In this document: piece after piece, positions 42,901-50,591 of the stretch
Position numbering within the stretch: the first letter of the stretch is position 1
Layout: each line of letters starts with the position of its first letter
NCBI GenBank assembly: GCA_963700145.1
Contig: OY969474.1
Coordinates: 1,984,001 to 2,048,000 of the forward strand
Source of the DNA: an uncultured Acidobacteriota bacterium
Lineage (GTDB): Bacteria; Acidobacteriota; Thermoanaerobaculia; Multivoradales; UBA5704
Reading direction: 5' to 3'
Length of the DNA stretch: 64,000 nucleotides
Position numbers and translations under genes: made by a program
Notes under the pieces: generated by a model
Seen by the model: the letters and a program-made list of their open reading frames with translations, nothing else
The model's database searches: none
What the model was told of the DNA's origin: nothing

Positions 42901-44162
42901 GTGGCGAAGCCGCCGTCGCCGGTGGTGTAGGCGCGGCCGGCGGCGGTGGGATGGAAGACGACCTCGCGGTGGTCGGAGTGCACCACCGCCGACCCCGGGC
43001 CCGGCGCCGGGTTGGCGTCGGAGGAGCTGAAATTCCCGCCGCCGTCGATCGAGCGCCAGAGCGCGATGCCGCCCATGAGGAGCGTGTCCTCGTCGGCGGG
43101 ATCGACCGCCAGCGCCTGGGTGTAGCGGCTGTAGCCGGGGTTGACGCCGGCGCCGTGGCCCGGGTTGCCGGCGCGCTTCTCGGTCCAGCTGTTGCCGCCG
43201 TTCTGGGAGCGCCAGACCGCGCGGTCGCAGTTCTGGAGCAGCCGGTCGGCGCAGCGGCCGAAGGTGGCGTAGACGACCTGCGGGCTGCCCGGGGAGATGG
43301 CGATCTCGACGTGGTCGAAGGTGAGGACGCCGATGTCGGGCAGGTCCTGGTTGGGGCAGCCCGGCGGCTTCGGGATGCCGTCGTTGAGCGGGCACCAGGA
43401 GTCGCCGCCGTCGTCGGAGCGGAAGACGCCGCGGCCGAGGAAGCCGGCGAAGAGGACCTCGTTGTCGTCCGGGTGCATCTCGAGGTCGGTCGGCTTGAAG
43501 CCGTCGGCGCCGGCGACGTCGAGCCTCACCCAGTTGAGGCCGCGGTCGTCGGTGCGGTAGATGCCGTAGCCGCCGGAGGGGGCGGGCGCGGTGACCGTGG
43601 ACTCCGGCGCGCCCACCGTGACGCCGCTCGAGAGGGTGACGAAGACCCGCTTGCTGCCGCCCGAGGTCGTGGGGTCGAGCACGACGTCGTTGATCGAGCC
43701 CGGGCGGAGCTCGAAAGGGTTGCCGGTCAACGGCGTCCAGCCGAACTGCGGAAACTCGCCGCCCGAGATGCCGCCGACCAGGAGCCCGGCGCCGTGGTAG
43801 GTGTCGCGGCGGACGGCGTTCTCGCCGGTGCCGGCCCAGATCGCGGCGCAGCCGTCGGCGGTGCAGTCCTCGAGGGCGATGGCGCCGATGGCGAGCGCGT
43901 CCTCGCGGTCGGACTCGGGCTCCCAGTTGGCGCCGCCGTCGAGGGAGTGCCAGACGCCGCCGGCCGCGGTGCCGAGCCAGATGTCGTCGGCGTTCTCCGG
44001 GTTGACGGCGATCGCCGAGGCGCGGCCGGACACGCCGCCGGCGAAGAAGCCGTCGATCGGGGCGGGGCCGAGGGGAAACCAGGTGTCGCCCTCGATCGCG
44101 GCGAAAGCCGGCACGGCGGCCGCGACGAGCAGGGCGAGGGATGCGGCGGCAGCGGGTCGCAT
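39960..44162 (-). CDS. Large secreted BNR/Asp-box beta-propeller protein with PKD-like domain and C-terminal outer-membrane beta-barrel
   Basis: Signal peptide; many S/TxDGGxxW Asp boxes; LDATGSADPD...YEW...LRVTD; amphipathic strands ending LQLGVLFR. Confidence 0.8.
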   Translation of the reverse strand: MRPAAAASLALLVAAAVPAFAAIEGDTWFPLGPAPIDGFFAGGVSGRASAIAVNPENADDIWLGTAAGGVWHSLDGGANWEPESDREDALAIGAIALEDCTADGCAAIWAGTGENAVRRDTYHGAGLLVGGISGGEFPQFGWTPLTGNPFELRPGSINDVVLDPTTSGGSKRVFVTLSSGVTVGAPESTVTAPAPSGGYGIYRTDDRGLNWVRLDVAGADGFKPTDLEMHPDDNEVLFAGFLGRGVFRSDDGGDSWCPLNDGIPKPPGCPNQDLPDIGVLTFDHVEIAISPGSPQVVYATFGRCADRLLQNCDRAVWRSQNGGNSWTEKRAGNPGHGAGVNPGYSRYTQALAVDPADEDTLLMGGIALWRSIDGGGNFSSSDANPAPGPGSAVVHSDHREVVFHPTAAGRAYTTGDGGFATSTNSGATWTPRNDDLQITGFHGLGSSPLTTMVVGTSQDNGGQTWNGSRRWTHRPCCGDAGYSFLDFDDVLTVYAASNYGSLRRSLDGGEDWDIINSGIAASDPRLFYAPFVQDPSADGTGEHPLYFGANRLYRSANNGSSWTVVSPVLATGPSTEIVTADSAVNHIAAGTGQNAISAIAVAPSDPDRVYVGYYGGEIFRTQLSPTAGDDWPRIDTAELPNVPVTRIAVHPTEPDTAYATFSGFGAHARLWKTTDGGGDWDPVVTGLPPGIPANTVSIEPSVPERVYLGLDSGPDGASLYRSLDGGASWDPFAQGLPNAPVYEISIDETHGRIYAATHGRGAFALGEPFITNFEGWVNDSIWDIPVYGQNFLPDQGPCTMRILQSNGDVCAEDTVDVMGGTIRTDGDGVLETSLVDFWSGKKVVWACFNGDCLGETPIEECYDDADGDGDNDPLSTITVLCGPQLAVGKVVGCPPLDNPPSSIVELDLADFEGSGGGGGMELPGGAGEAAGVLHLAASVQRRLGTESLCAVAVPFARGESDVEILARARDAVAASPTCAANNVRATLDPGFAGAEEDEFARRPRLRLDAPGVVGGQLITVLHTDPGAATGACLRLGGLGVQAFNQIQVLKIDFETPLAGAAGGETVRVVEHTPIGTCAITLPTAPGQSGADLAAAFVAAVQAPGIPGPHPDCPADRNPRDITNHGGSLISVYASFLELCSSDPQVGFDVRSEELANVHPIAEAGGDRVVPGGAPIPLDATGSADPDSTPGTRDGIATYEWFDVTAGPPVLLGAGETLGVPLAAGLHRVRLRVTDQGGLADTDEALVSVDGGAAAGGRWLASFHVGSTHPLRDLDPPADANIHVRADLSYALTDRLRLVLFGGLSQLTAETAAAIEHPRFVNLSLNAQVLFPLPSGTDFYLQAGPGIYRPKSGGSDAGFNLGLGFQLPIKAPYRLELGADYHRVPDADADFLTLQLGVLFR

Positions 44163-44256
44163 GGGAGCCTCCTGACACCCTTTGGGCGCAGCAGGCGCTT
44201 GGGCCGTTACCTTCTGAACTGCTTTCCCGCCCGAGCGGCAGGGTGAGGGCCGCCGT

Positions 44257-46206
44257 TCAGGTCTGGGAGCAAATGCAGCGCCGGCAGCAGGAGTTGACCT
44301 GGACGCACTGGCCCGGGCCGCCGCAGAACACGGTGCACTGGCTGTCGCTCGAGCAGCGGTTGCCGCAGCAGGCCATCTCCAGCCACTCCGGCGTGCTGTC
44401 GCGCACGGCCGGCGCGGCGGCCGCGCCGCAGGTCGGGCCGGCGGCCGGGGCCGGCGGCACTTGGAGGACGACCGGGTCCGCGGCCGGCGCGGGAAGGGGC
44501 GCCTCGTATTCGTACTTCGAGACCGGCGCCGCCATGACGTCCTCCAGGGAGCGCTTCGTCACGAGCTCCGCGGCCGCGCGCCTCAGCTCCTCCCGGAGGG
44601 CGGGCGAAGGAGTGCCGAGGACCTTGAAGCCTCGATCGACGGGCGCTCCGGTCTCGCGGTCGAAGACGATCGTCGCCAGCGCGAACCCCTGGGGAAGCCG
44701 CTCGCGGCGCGGATCGAGCTCGAGGACCCTGAAGCGCGCTTCCTTGCCGCGCACGGCCGTGACCACCTCGCGCGACAGGAGCCGCGGGCGCGCGTCGAGC
44801 CCGAACAGCCAGTTCGAGACGACGACTTCGCGGCGGTCTACCCCCCAGACCGGCCAGTCGAACCAGATGTCCGCGAGAACGACGTCGCAATGGAGCGGTT
44901 TCAGACTGACGAGCTTCTCGCCGGTGGTCACTCGCCAGAGCTCGCGCCCGTGGGCTTCGTCCTTGGCGTAGAAGTAGAGAGAGTCGCCCACCTCCACCGC
45001 GTACGTCGGGAACGAGCCGGGATAGACCGCCGCGTCGTCGGGCATGATGTTTTGCAGCAGGGCGACGGTCGCGCCATCGAACGTGTACGGCTCGCGCCCC
45101 ATGTCGTCCTCGTAGAAGCCCGTCAGGTAGAGCTGGTCGGCGCTGGAGAACAGGGTCATCCCTCGGGGGTAGAACGGGAGACCTCCCGGCCCGACGTCGA
45201 GTGGGTGCACCGCGGTGCCGTCGAAGCGGAAGAGATGGACGCCGGAACCGAAGTAGAGCTCCTCGCGGTAGGTCTGAAAGTCCTGGGGCTGACTCCCCGA
45301 CCAGGCATCGCCGAGCGTCGCCACCTTGACCGGTGCGCCTTGACCGGTGTAGCGCCACAGCTCGTCCTTCCTCTCCAACGAGGGACCCGTGACAACGCCG
45401 AAAAACAACGCGCCCTCATGGACGCCCAGGTGGAAATCGTAGGAGGTGAGGTGTTCTTTTCCCTCGGCCAACGCCTTGATCTTTTTCGCGACGCTCCCGT
45501 CGTAGGCCCATAGCTGGTAGTTCTCGGGTGGCCCAGCCTGCTTCACGAAGTAGAGCCGGTTCTTGAAGACGAGGAACGCGCTCCCTACAAGATCTCTGTC
45601 ATCCACGGAGCCGGGGGCGCCGTTGATGGCGTCGACGGCCTTCGCGGTCACGCCGTCGAACCGCCAGACCTTCTGGCCGCCCTTCGCCCACCGTGTGAAG
45701 TAGAGCGCGCCGTCGTACTCCGTCAGGCCGGCGATCTCGCCCCCCTCTGCCCCCGGCGCGATCTCGACGGCGATCCCGGGCGCAACCCCGTCGTAGCGGT
45801 ACAGCTCCTCGCCGGTGGCGGGCCTCGAGGCCGCGAAGTAGAGCTTGCCCTGGAACTCCGCGAAGCTGTGCGGCCTGGAGCCGGCCGCCCCGGGGGCCAC
45901 GTCGGCCACTCGGGAGGTCTCCGCTCCCTCCGCCCGCCACAGCTCGGCGCCCGTCTGGCCGTCGTCCGCCTGGAAATAGAGCGCGTCTTCGTAGGCGGCC
46001 ATGAGGCCGTTGCGCGCGGAGTAGCCGAACAGCGCGTCGGCCGCGTCGGCCGGGCCCGGGTTGATGTCGCGGACCAGCGCGGTCTGGCCCTTCCAGAACT
46101 CGCCGTAGGTGCAGACGAAGAAGGGACTGGCGACCGCCGGCGACGCAACGGCGGCGACGAGCGCCGTCCAAAGCACGGCCACGAGGAAACCCCTCGTCCA
46201 ACGCAT
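44257..46206 (-). CDS. Secreted ELWxxDGT-like repeat protein with Cys-rich C-terminal tail
   Basis: Signal peptide; LYFQADDGQTGAELW, GEELYRYDG, HGRELW repeats. Confidence 0.8.
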   Translation of the reverse strand: MRWTRGFLVAVLWTALVAAVASPAVASPFFVCTYGEFWKGQTALVRDINPGPADAADALFGYSARNGLMAAYEDALYFQADDGQTGAELWRAEGAETSRVADVAPGAAGSRPHSFAEFQGKLYFAASRPATGEELYRYDGVAPGIAVEIAPGAEGGEIAGLTEYDGALYFTRWAKGGQKVWRFDGVTAKAVDAINGAPGSVDDRDLVGSAFLVFKNRLYFVKQAGPPENYQLWAYDGSVAKKIKALAEGKEHLTSYDFHLGVHEGALFFGVVTGPSLERKDELWRYTGQGAPVKVATLGDAWSGSQPQDFQTYREELYFGSGVHLFRFDGTAVHPLDVGPGGLPFYPRGMTLFSSADQLYLTGFYEDDMGREPYTFDGATVALLQNIMPDDAAVYPGSFPTYAVEVGDSLYFYAKDEAHGRELWRVTTGEKLVSLKPLHCDVVLADIWFDWPVWGVDRREVVVSNWLFGLDARPRLLSREVVTAVRGKEARFRVLELDPRRERLPQGFALATIVFDRETGAPVDRGFKVLGTPSPALREELRRAAAELVTKRSLEDVMAAPVSKYEYEAPLPAPAADPVVLQVPPAPAAGPTCGAAAAPAVRDSTPEWLEMACCGNRCSSDSQCTVFCGGPGQCVQVNSCCRRCICSQT

Positions 46207-46275
46207 GACGACCTCCTTTCGCTGTGGGTAAGCGGGAGGAATTGTAGCGCCACTTCGCCGTTAGACTCCGTCCGC

Positions 46276-46779
46276 ATGGCCGACTACGAGGACTGGCTGG
46301 CGCGGTGGATCGCGGAGGACGGCGAGCGGGTCCTCTGGCTGCTCCGGAAGATCGTCGCCGTCTCCGGCATGACGCCCAGGGAGCTCGACGAGCGCATCGG
46401 CTGGGGCTCGGGGTACACGAGCGCGCTGTTCACGCGCCGGATCGAGCTCAGGCAGGAGCACGCCGCGACGATCCTCTTCGGCTTCGGCGTCCATCCGCGC
46501 CACCTCTACGACCTCCTCTACCCGAAGGACCTCCCCGTCGGGCCGGTGGACGCAACGGCCGACTTCGCCCGCCTCATGGCGCGGGCCGGGATCTCTCTCG
46601 AAGACCGCCAGCGCGAGCCGGTTCCAGCGGCGGCCCCCATGACGCCCGCCGAGATCGAAGCGCTGATCGACGACGCCGTCCAGCGCGCCCTCGCCGCCGC
46701 CCCGAGCCAGAAGCAACGCACGAAGTCGCAGCCATCGACTTGGGATGTCCACACGATGCCTACAACACGGTCGTCTTAA
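46276..46779 (+). CDS. XRE-like helix-turn-helix protein
   Basis: SGMTPRELDERIGWGSGYTSALF...LRQEH...IL. Confidence 0.7.
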   Translation: MADYEDWLARWIAEDGERVLWLLRKIVAVSGMTPRELDERIGWGSGYTSALFTRRIELRQEHAATILFGFGVHPRHLYDLLYPKDLPVGPVDATADFARLMARAGISLEDRQREPVPAAAPMTPAEIEALIDDAVQRALAAAPSQKQRTKSQPSTWDVHTMPTTRSS

Positions 46780-46793
46780 GCCTTCCGTACTTC

Positions 46794-47174
46794 GTGGAGT
46801 GCCCCGATTCGACCCTTTTCCTGCGCTGGACCTGGCAGTGGGGGAAAGCCGACCGGGATCGCGGTCAGCTCTTCTCGGCCGAGGAGTTGCTGACTCGGGC
46901 TCGCGAGGGCTTAGAGCTCGAAGAGTTGGCCGAACTAACCGGCGAAGTCTGTCTCGACCTCGCGATGCTCTATGCCCGCCAGGGCCGCCGGGGGGAGTTC
47001 CTGCGCGCGATCGCCGAGGCGATCGCGATCTTCCGCTCCCTCGGCGCCAGGCGCGAGTACCTCGCCGCGATCGCCCAGCTCGACGCGCTGGCGCAGCACG
47101 AAGAAGCCGCTGTCGCCGTGCTCCGCCAGCTCGTCCTCGAGTGCCGCGGCGGCGTGCCCCGCGCCGAGTCTTAA
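46794..47174 (+). pseudogene. C-terminal fragment of a TPR-like protein
   Basis: AEELLTRAREG...LDLAMLYARQGR...AIAIFRSLG helical repeats; no clear RBS or start. Confidence 0.5.
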
Positions 47175-47193
47175 GTTTCCTTAGAGCCCAGCC

Positions 47194-47622
47194 TCAAAGC
47201 GGCGACTCGGCGAGCCGCATCGTCTGCTCCAGCTCCTGGAGCATCCGGTCGGCCTCTTCGGGGGTGAAGACGCCCTTCTCCTTGAGCTTCCAGATCATCT
47301 CGCGCAACAGCGACCGGTGCAGGACGCGCACGGTGGTGCGGAAGGTGTAGTCGTGGTCGGGCGCGGCGTAGAGCGACGCGCGCGGCGGGCCGTAGACCTC
47401 GACGTAGAACTCGATCGGCGGGATGCCGAGAGCCTGGAGAACCGCGGCGACATGCTCGACGCGGAGCTTGAGGGTGCCGCGGAGGACCTGGCGGAGGTAC
47501 TCGCGCCCCATCCCGGCGCGCTGCTCGACCTGCTCGTAGGTCTGGCCGTGCTCGCGGATCTTCCGCTTGAGCGCTTCGGAGATCTTCCGGACGTCCTCCG
47601 CACCGCGGGGCTCAGGAGGCAT
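47194..47622 (-). CDS. XRE-like helix-turn-helix protein
   Basis: GQTYEQVEQRAGMGREYLRQVLRG..LRVEHV..VLQALG. Confidence 0.75.
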   Translation of the reverse strand: MPPEPRGAEDVRKISEALKRKIREHGQTYEQVEQRAGMGREYLRQVLRGTLKLRVEHVAAVLQALGIPPIEFYVEVYGPPRASLYAAPDHDYTFRTTVRVLHRSLLREMIWKLKEKGVFTPEEADRMLQELEQTMRLAESPL

Positions 47623-47680
47623 GCGCCGCAGTGTAACAAGTTGCGCCGAGGGAATTCCACCCTTCCTGACCCAGGTGGGG

Positions 47681-47707
47681 TTGACTTCAATCGATTGAAC
47701 GGGTCAA
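47681..47707. promoter_or_regulatory. Putative operator and divergent promoter
   Basis: Perfect 14-bp palindrome TTCAATCGATTGAA (47686-47699) between TTGAC and GTCAA. Confidence 0.55.
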
Positions 47708-47773
47708 ATACCCGCCCATGCGGGGTGAAGAGACGCAGAAGCGGTTCGATGACCTACGGTCCCGGGTGGATCG

Positions 47774-48160
47774 ATGGCCCATCTGACCCACTACGACGCT
47801 CTGTTCGTCCTCGCGCCCCTGCCGCGGGCCGAGCGGCGGCAGCTTGCCCACGCCCTCGTCTGCGATTCCTGCCGCGCGGTCCTCCGCGAAGTCCTCGCGG
47901 CGCAGACACCCGCCGCCTCGCCTGAACAGTCCGCCTCCCGCCGCTCCCGCCCTCTCGACTACAGCGCCATGTGGACCGCCCTCGAGAAGAAGCTCGCGGC
48001 CGAAGTGCCGGGGATCTTCCGCGAGCGCGAAGCCGCCCAGCGGGAGCTAACGGCGCTGCTCCGGATGCGGCGCGACCACCGCGCGGCCGTCGTGCGCCCC
48101 TCGGCCACGCCACCTTCTGCCGGCTCCTCTCCGAGCTGCGCCGCGAGCAGGGCCGCACGG
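47774..48160 (+). pseudogene. N-terminal fragment of a zinc-finger (HxxxCxxC)/helical protein, frameshifted or truncated
   Basis: HALVCDSC...REREAAQRELTALL; protein-like sequence shifts frame near 48100 (FCRLLSEL); end approximate. Confidence 0.5.
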
Positions 48161-48276
48161 AAGAGCCCTCGCCCTGGGCGAACGCGCGCGCGTCCTCTTC
48201 ACCCAAGTCCACAAGCTTGCCGACTCGACTTCGGGCCCGGGCATTCCGCCCGGTCCCGGTTCACAGGAGACCTGAC

Positions 48277-48600
48277 ATGGTCAAGCCCCGAAAAACGCCC
48301 CCGACCCCCGTCACCGAACGCCTCAAAGCCGAGCGCATCCAAGTGCTCGCCGGCACCGTCCCGAAGTGGCAGCTCGACCGGGACCAGACGTCGATCAGCC
48401 GGCTGTTCCAATCCCTCCCGAGCCTGCGGGCGGCGGCCCTCTTCGCCGCCTTCGCCGCCGAGATCGCCGAGTCCCAGGGCCACACGGCCGCCCTCCTCAT
48501 CCGGAAGGGGTCGGTGCTGGTGACGCTGACGACGCCGGCGGCCGACGGGCTCACCGAGAAGGACTTCCAGCTCGCCGCCCGGCTGGAGCTTGCCGCGTGA
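48277..48600 (+). CDS. Pterin-4a-carbinolamine dehydratase (PCD/DCoH)-like protein, probably non-catalytic
   Basis: AGGAG RBS; PKWQL...ISRLF...AESQGH...VTLTT...GLTEKDFQLAARL; the HHP motif is replaced by GHT. Confidence 0.7.
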   Translation: MVKPRKTPPTPVTERLKAERIQVLAGTVPKWQLDRDQTSISRLFQSLPSLRAAALFAAFAAEIAESQGHTAALLIRKGSVLVTLTTPAADGLTEKDFQLAARLELAA

Positions 48601-48682
48601 CGAGCCTGGCAGCCGCCGAAGACCTCTTCGCGTCCTCTCCGGAGGTCGCCGGGAGGCCTCCGGACGTCTTCCTAGTGCCTGG

Positions 48683-48881
48683 GGATGTATCCGGAAGCGC
48701 GGCGGATCTATCCGGAAGCGCGGGGGATGTATCCGGAAGCGTCGCGGATGTATCCGCACCGCTCGGGGATACATCCGGAAGCGCGGCGGATATATCCGGA
48801 CGGCCCGCGGATGTATCCGGAAGGCCCGCGGATCTATCCGGACTCGCCGCGGATGTATCCGGACGTCGCGCGGATCTATCC
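48683..48881. repeat. 21-bp-period array with 10 palindromic cores GGAT-NN-ATCC
   Basis: Cores counted at 48683, 48704, 48725, 48746, 48767, 48788, 48809, 48830, 48851, 48872; degenerate flanking units. Confidence 0.95.
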
Positions 48882-48989
48882 GGACGTCGCGTTCCCTTAT
48901 CCGGAGCCGTACCGACCGTATCTCCCGTCTCTCCGGGAACCCCCCGGAGCCCCGCTCCATCAACCGACCAACTCAAGGAGGTAACCGCT

Positions 48990-49415
48990 GTGGCCGAAAC
49001 ATCGCTAGGAGACAAGCTCAAGAACTGGAGACTGCTGGCGGAGGGTCTCAAGCCCCGCATCGAGGAGGTCCCCTTCCTCAAGGAGGACCACGACGAGCTG
49101 AGCGCCCTCGTCCAGCAGATCGATGCCCTCCTCACCCAGGGCGACATCCACGAAGGCCGGTTCCGCGAGGCGGTCCGCCAACGGGCGATCGCCGAAGAGC
49201 GGATCACCGAGCTCTACGGCCGCATGGTGTTCCGCCTCAAGGGCACCTACGGCAAGCGCGCCAACGTGCTCCACGAGCTCGGGCTGCGGCCCAACGCCCT
49301 GCCCGGCCCCGCGAAGAAGGACGAGACAACCCCGCCGGCGCCGGGCCCTGCGCCCACACCAACCCCCGGTCCGGCTCCGGCCTCGGCTCAGCAGGAGCCG
49401 ACCCGCGAGTCCTGA
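48990..49415 (+). CDS. Hypothetical alpha-helical protein directly downstream of the array
   Basis: AAGGAGGT RBS and GTG; helical body, YGKRANVLHELGLRP motif, Pro-rich tail. Confidence 0.8.
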   Translation: MAETSLGDKLKNWRLLAEGLKPRIEEVPFLKEDHDELSALVQQIDALLTQGDIHEGRFREAVRQRAIAEERITELYGRMVFRLKGTYGKRANVLHELGLRPNALPGPAKKDETTPPAPGPAPTPTPGPAPASAQQEPTRES

Positions 49416-49430
49416 CGGGCGAACACAACG

Positions 49431-49463
49431 GCCGCCGGCGGAGATCTGACCTCCGCTGGCGGC
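49431..49463 (+). terminator. GC-rich stem-loop after the helical-protein gene
   Basis: GCCGCCGGCGGAG-7 nt-CTCCGCTGGCGGC; no U-tract. Confidence 0.5.
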
Positions 49464-49507
49464 GCACCGCCCCTCCACAACACGGCGCGTCGAACGAAAG
49501 GACCTTC

Positions 49508-49780
49508 ATGGAGCCATCGAGCCTTCCAAAGCCCCGTACCTACGTCGCCCTCCAAGCCCGCCTCGAGAACCTGCCAGTGCGCGTCGTCCGCTTCGATGGC
49601 GGCCTCCTCGCTAGCCTTCGGCGGCCGACCGCAACGCCGCGCAACGGCTGGCTCAGCCCGTGCGATTGGGTGCTCGTCCGTTGGCGCGAGCCCGGCCGGC
49701 ACGAGGTCGCCGTCGGCCGCAACTGGCTGACCCCCGCGCCGGACGTGCCGGGCGACGCGCTGACGATTGGTGAGGGCTGA
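49508..49780 (+). CDS. Small hypothetical protein
   Basis: AAAGGA RBS, ATG at 49508, 90 aa. Confidence 0.5.
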   Translation: MEPSSLPKPRTYVALQARLENLPVRVVRFDGGLLASLRRPTATPRNGWLSPCDWVLVRWREPGRHEVAVGRNWLTPAPDVPGDALTIGEG

Positions 49781-49792
49781 GGAGGTCTCCCC

Positions 49793-50536
49793 ATGGAACG
49801 CACAATCAACTCCGCCCTCCGCCTCCACCGCCTCCTCCTCGCCCTGCGCGGCGCGAGCCGCGAGGGGCGCCCCATCCGCCAGGTCCTCGGCGAAGTCTTC
49901 GAGCTCGACCCCGCCGACGACCTCGCCCTCCGCCGCCGGCTGCTGGCGGTCGACGACCTCTTCGCCGAGTCCGAGGCCGCGATCCGGTCGATCCCGGGCA
50001 TCGACCTGCAGCGCTACCTCCGCTACTTCCCCGCGGCCCGCAAGGCCCTCCTCTCGGCGCGCCTCGACCAGGACTCCCGCCGCTACGCTCCCTTCCAGGA
50101 GGCCCTCGGCGAGGCCGTCTGCCAGTCCGTCGAGTTCTGCGGCGCGCGGATCGGCGAGGAGTTCCCCGAGACCGTCCTGCCGACCGACGACCTGGGCGAG
50201 GTCGAGGCCCGGCTCAACGCGCTCTTCGCCTTCACCGCCAGCGCCGAGCTCGACCCCGCGCTCCGCACCGTCTCGCTCGACATCCTCCAGACCCTCCGCG
50301 CCGCCCTCGCCGACTACCGCATCCACGGCGCCGCCGGGCTCCAGGAGGCCGTCGAGCAGGCGGTGGGCAAGCTCACCGTCCACTACCTCCGCGCGAGAAA
50401 GCAGGGTGCCCGCCTCAACCTCGACCAGCTCGACCGCCTCCTCGACCTGATCTTCAAGTTCGAGGCGCTGCTCGCGAAGGCGACCGTGTACCTGCCGGCC
50501 CTGACCGAGTACCTGCCGAAGCTCCTGGGGGCGTAA
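49793..50536 (+). CDS. Hypothetical protein
   Basis: GAGGAGG RBS; 247-aa ORF with host-like codon usage. Confidence 0.75.
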   Translation: MERTINSALRLHRLLLALRGASREGRPIRQVLGEVFELDPADDLALRRRLLAVDDLFAESEAAIRSIPGIDLQRYLRYFPAARKALLSARLDQDSRRYAPFQEALGEAVCQSVEFCGARIGEEFPETVLPTDDLGEVEARLNALFAFTASAELDPALRTVSLDILQTLRAALADYRIHGAAGLQEAVEQAVGKLTVHYLRARKQGARLNLDQLDRLLDLIFKFEALLAKATVYLPALTEYLPKLLGA

Positions 50537-50591
50537 GCGATGGCCGAGCTGCGCTGGCTCCGTGAGCACCGCACCCTGATCGGCATCCTCC

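Noticed and set aside
46276-50536. Prophage immunity region
   Set aside because: HTH genes and an operator are present, but no integrase, replication or structural phage genes.
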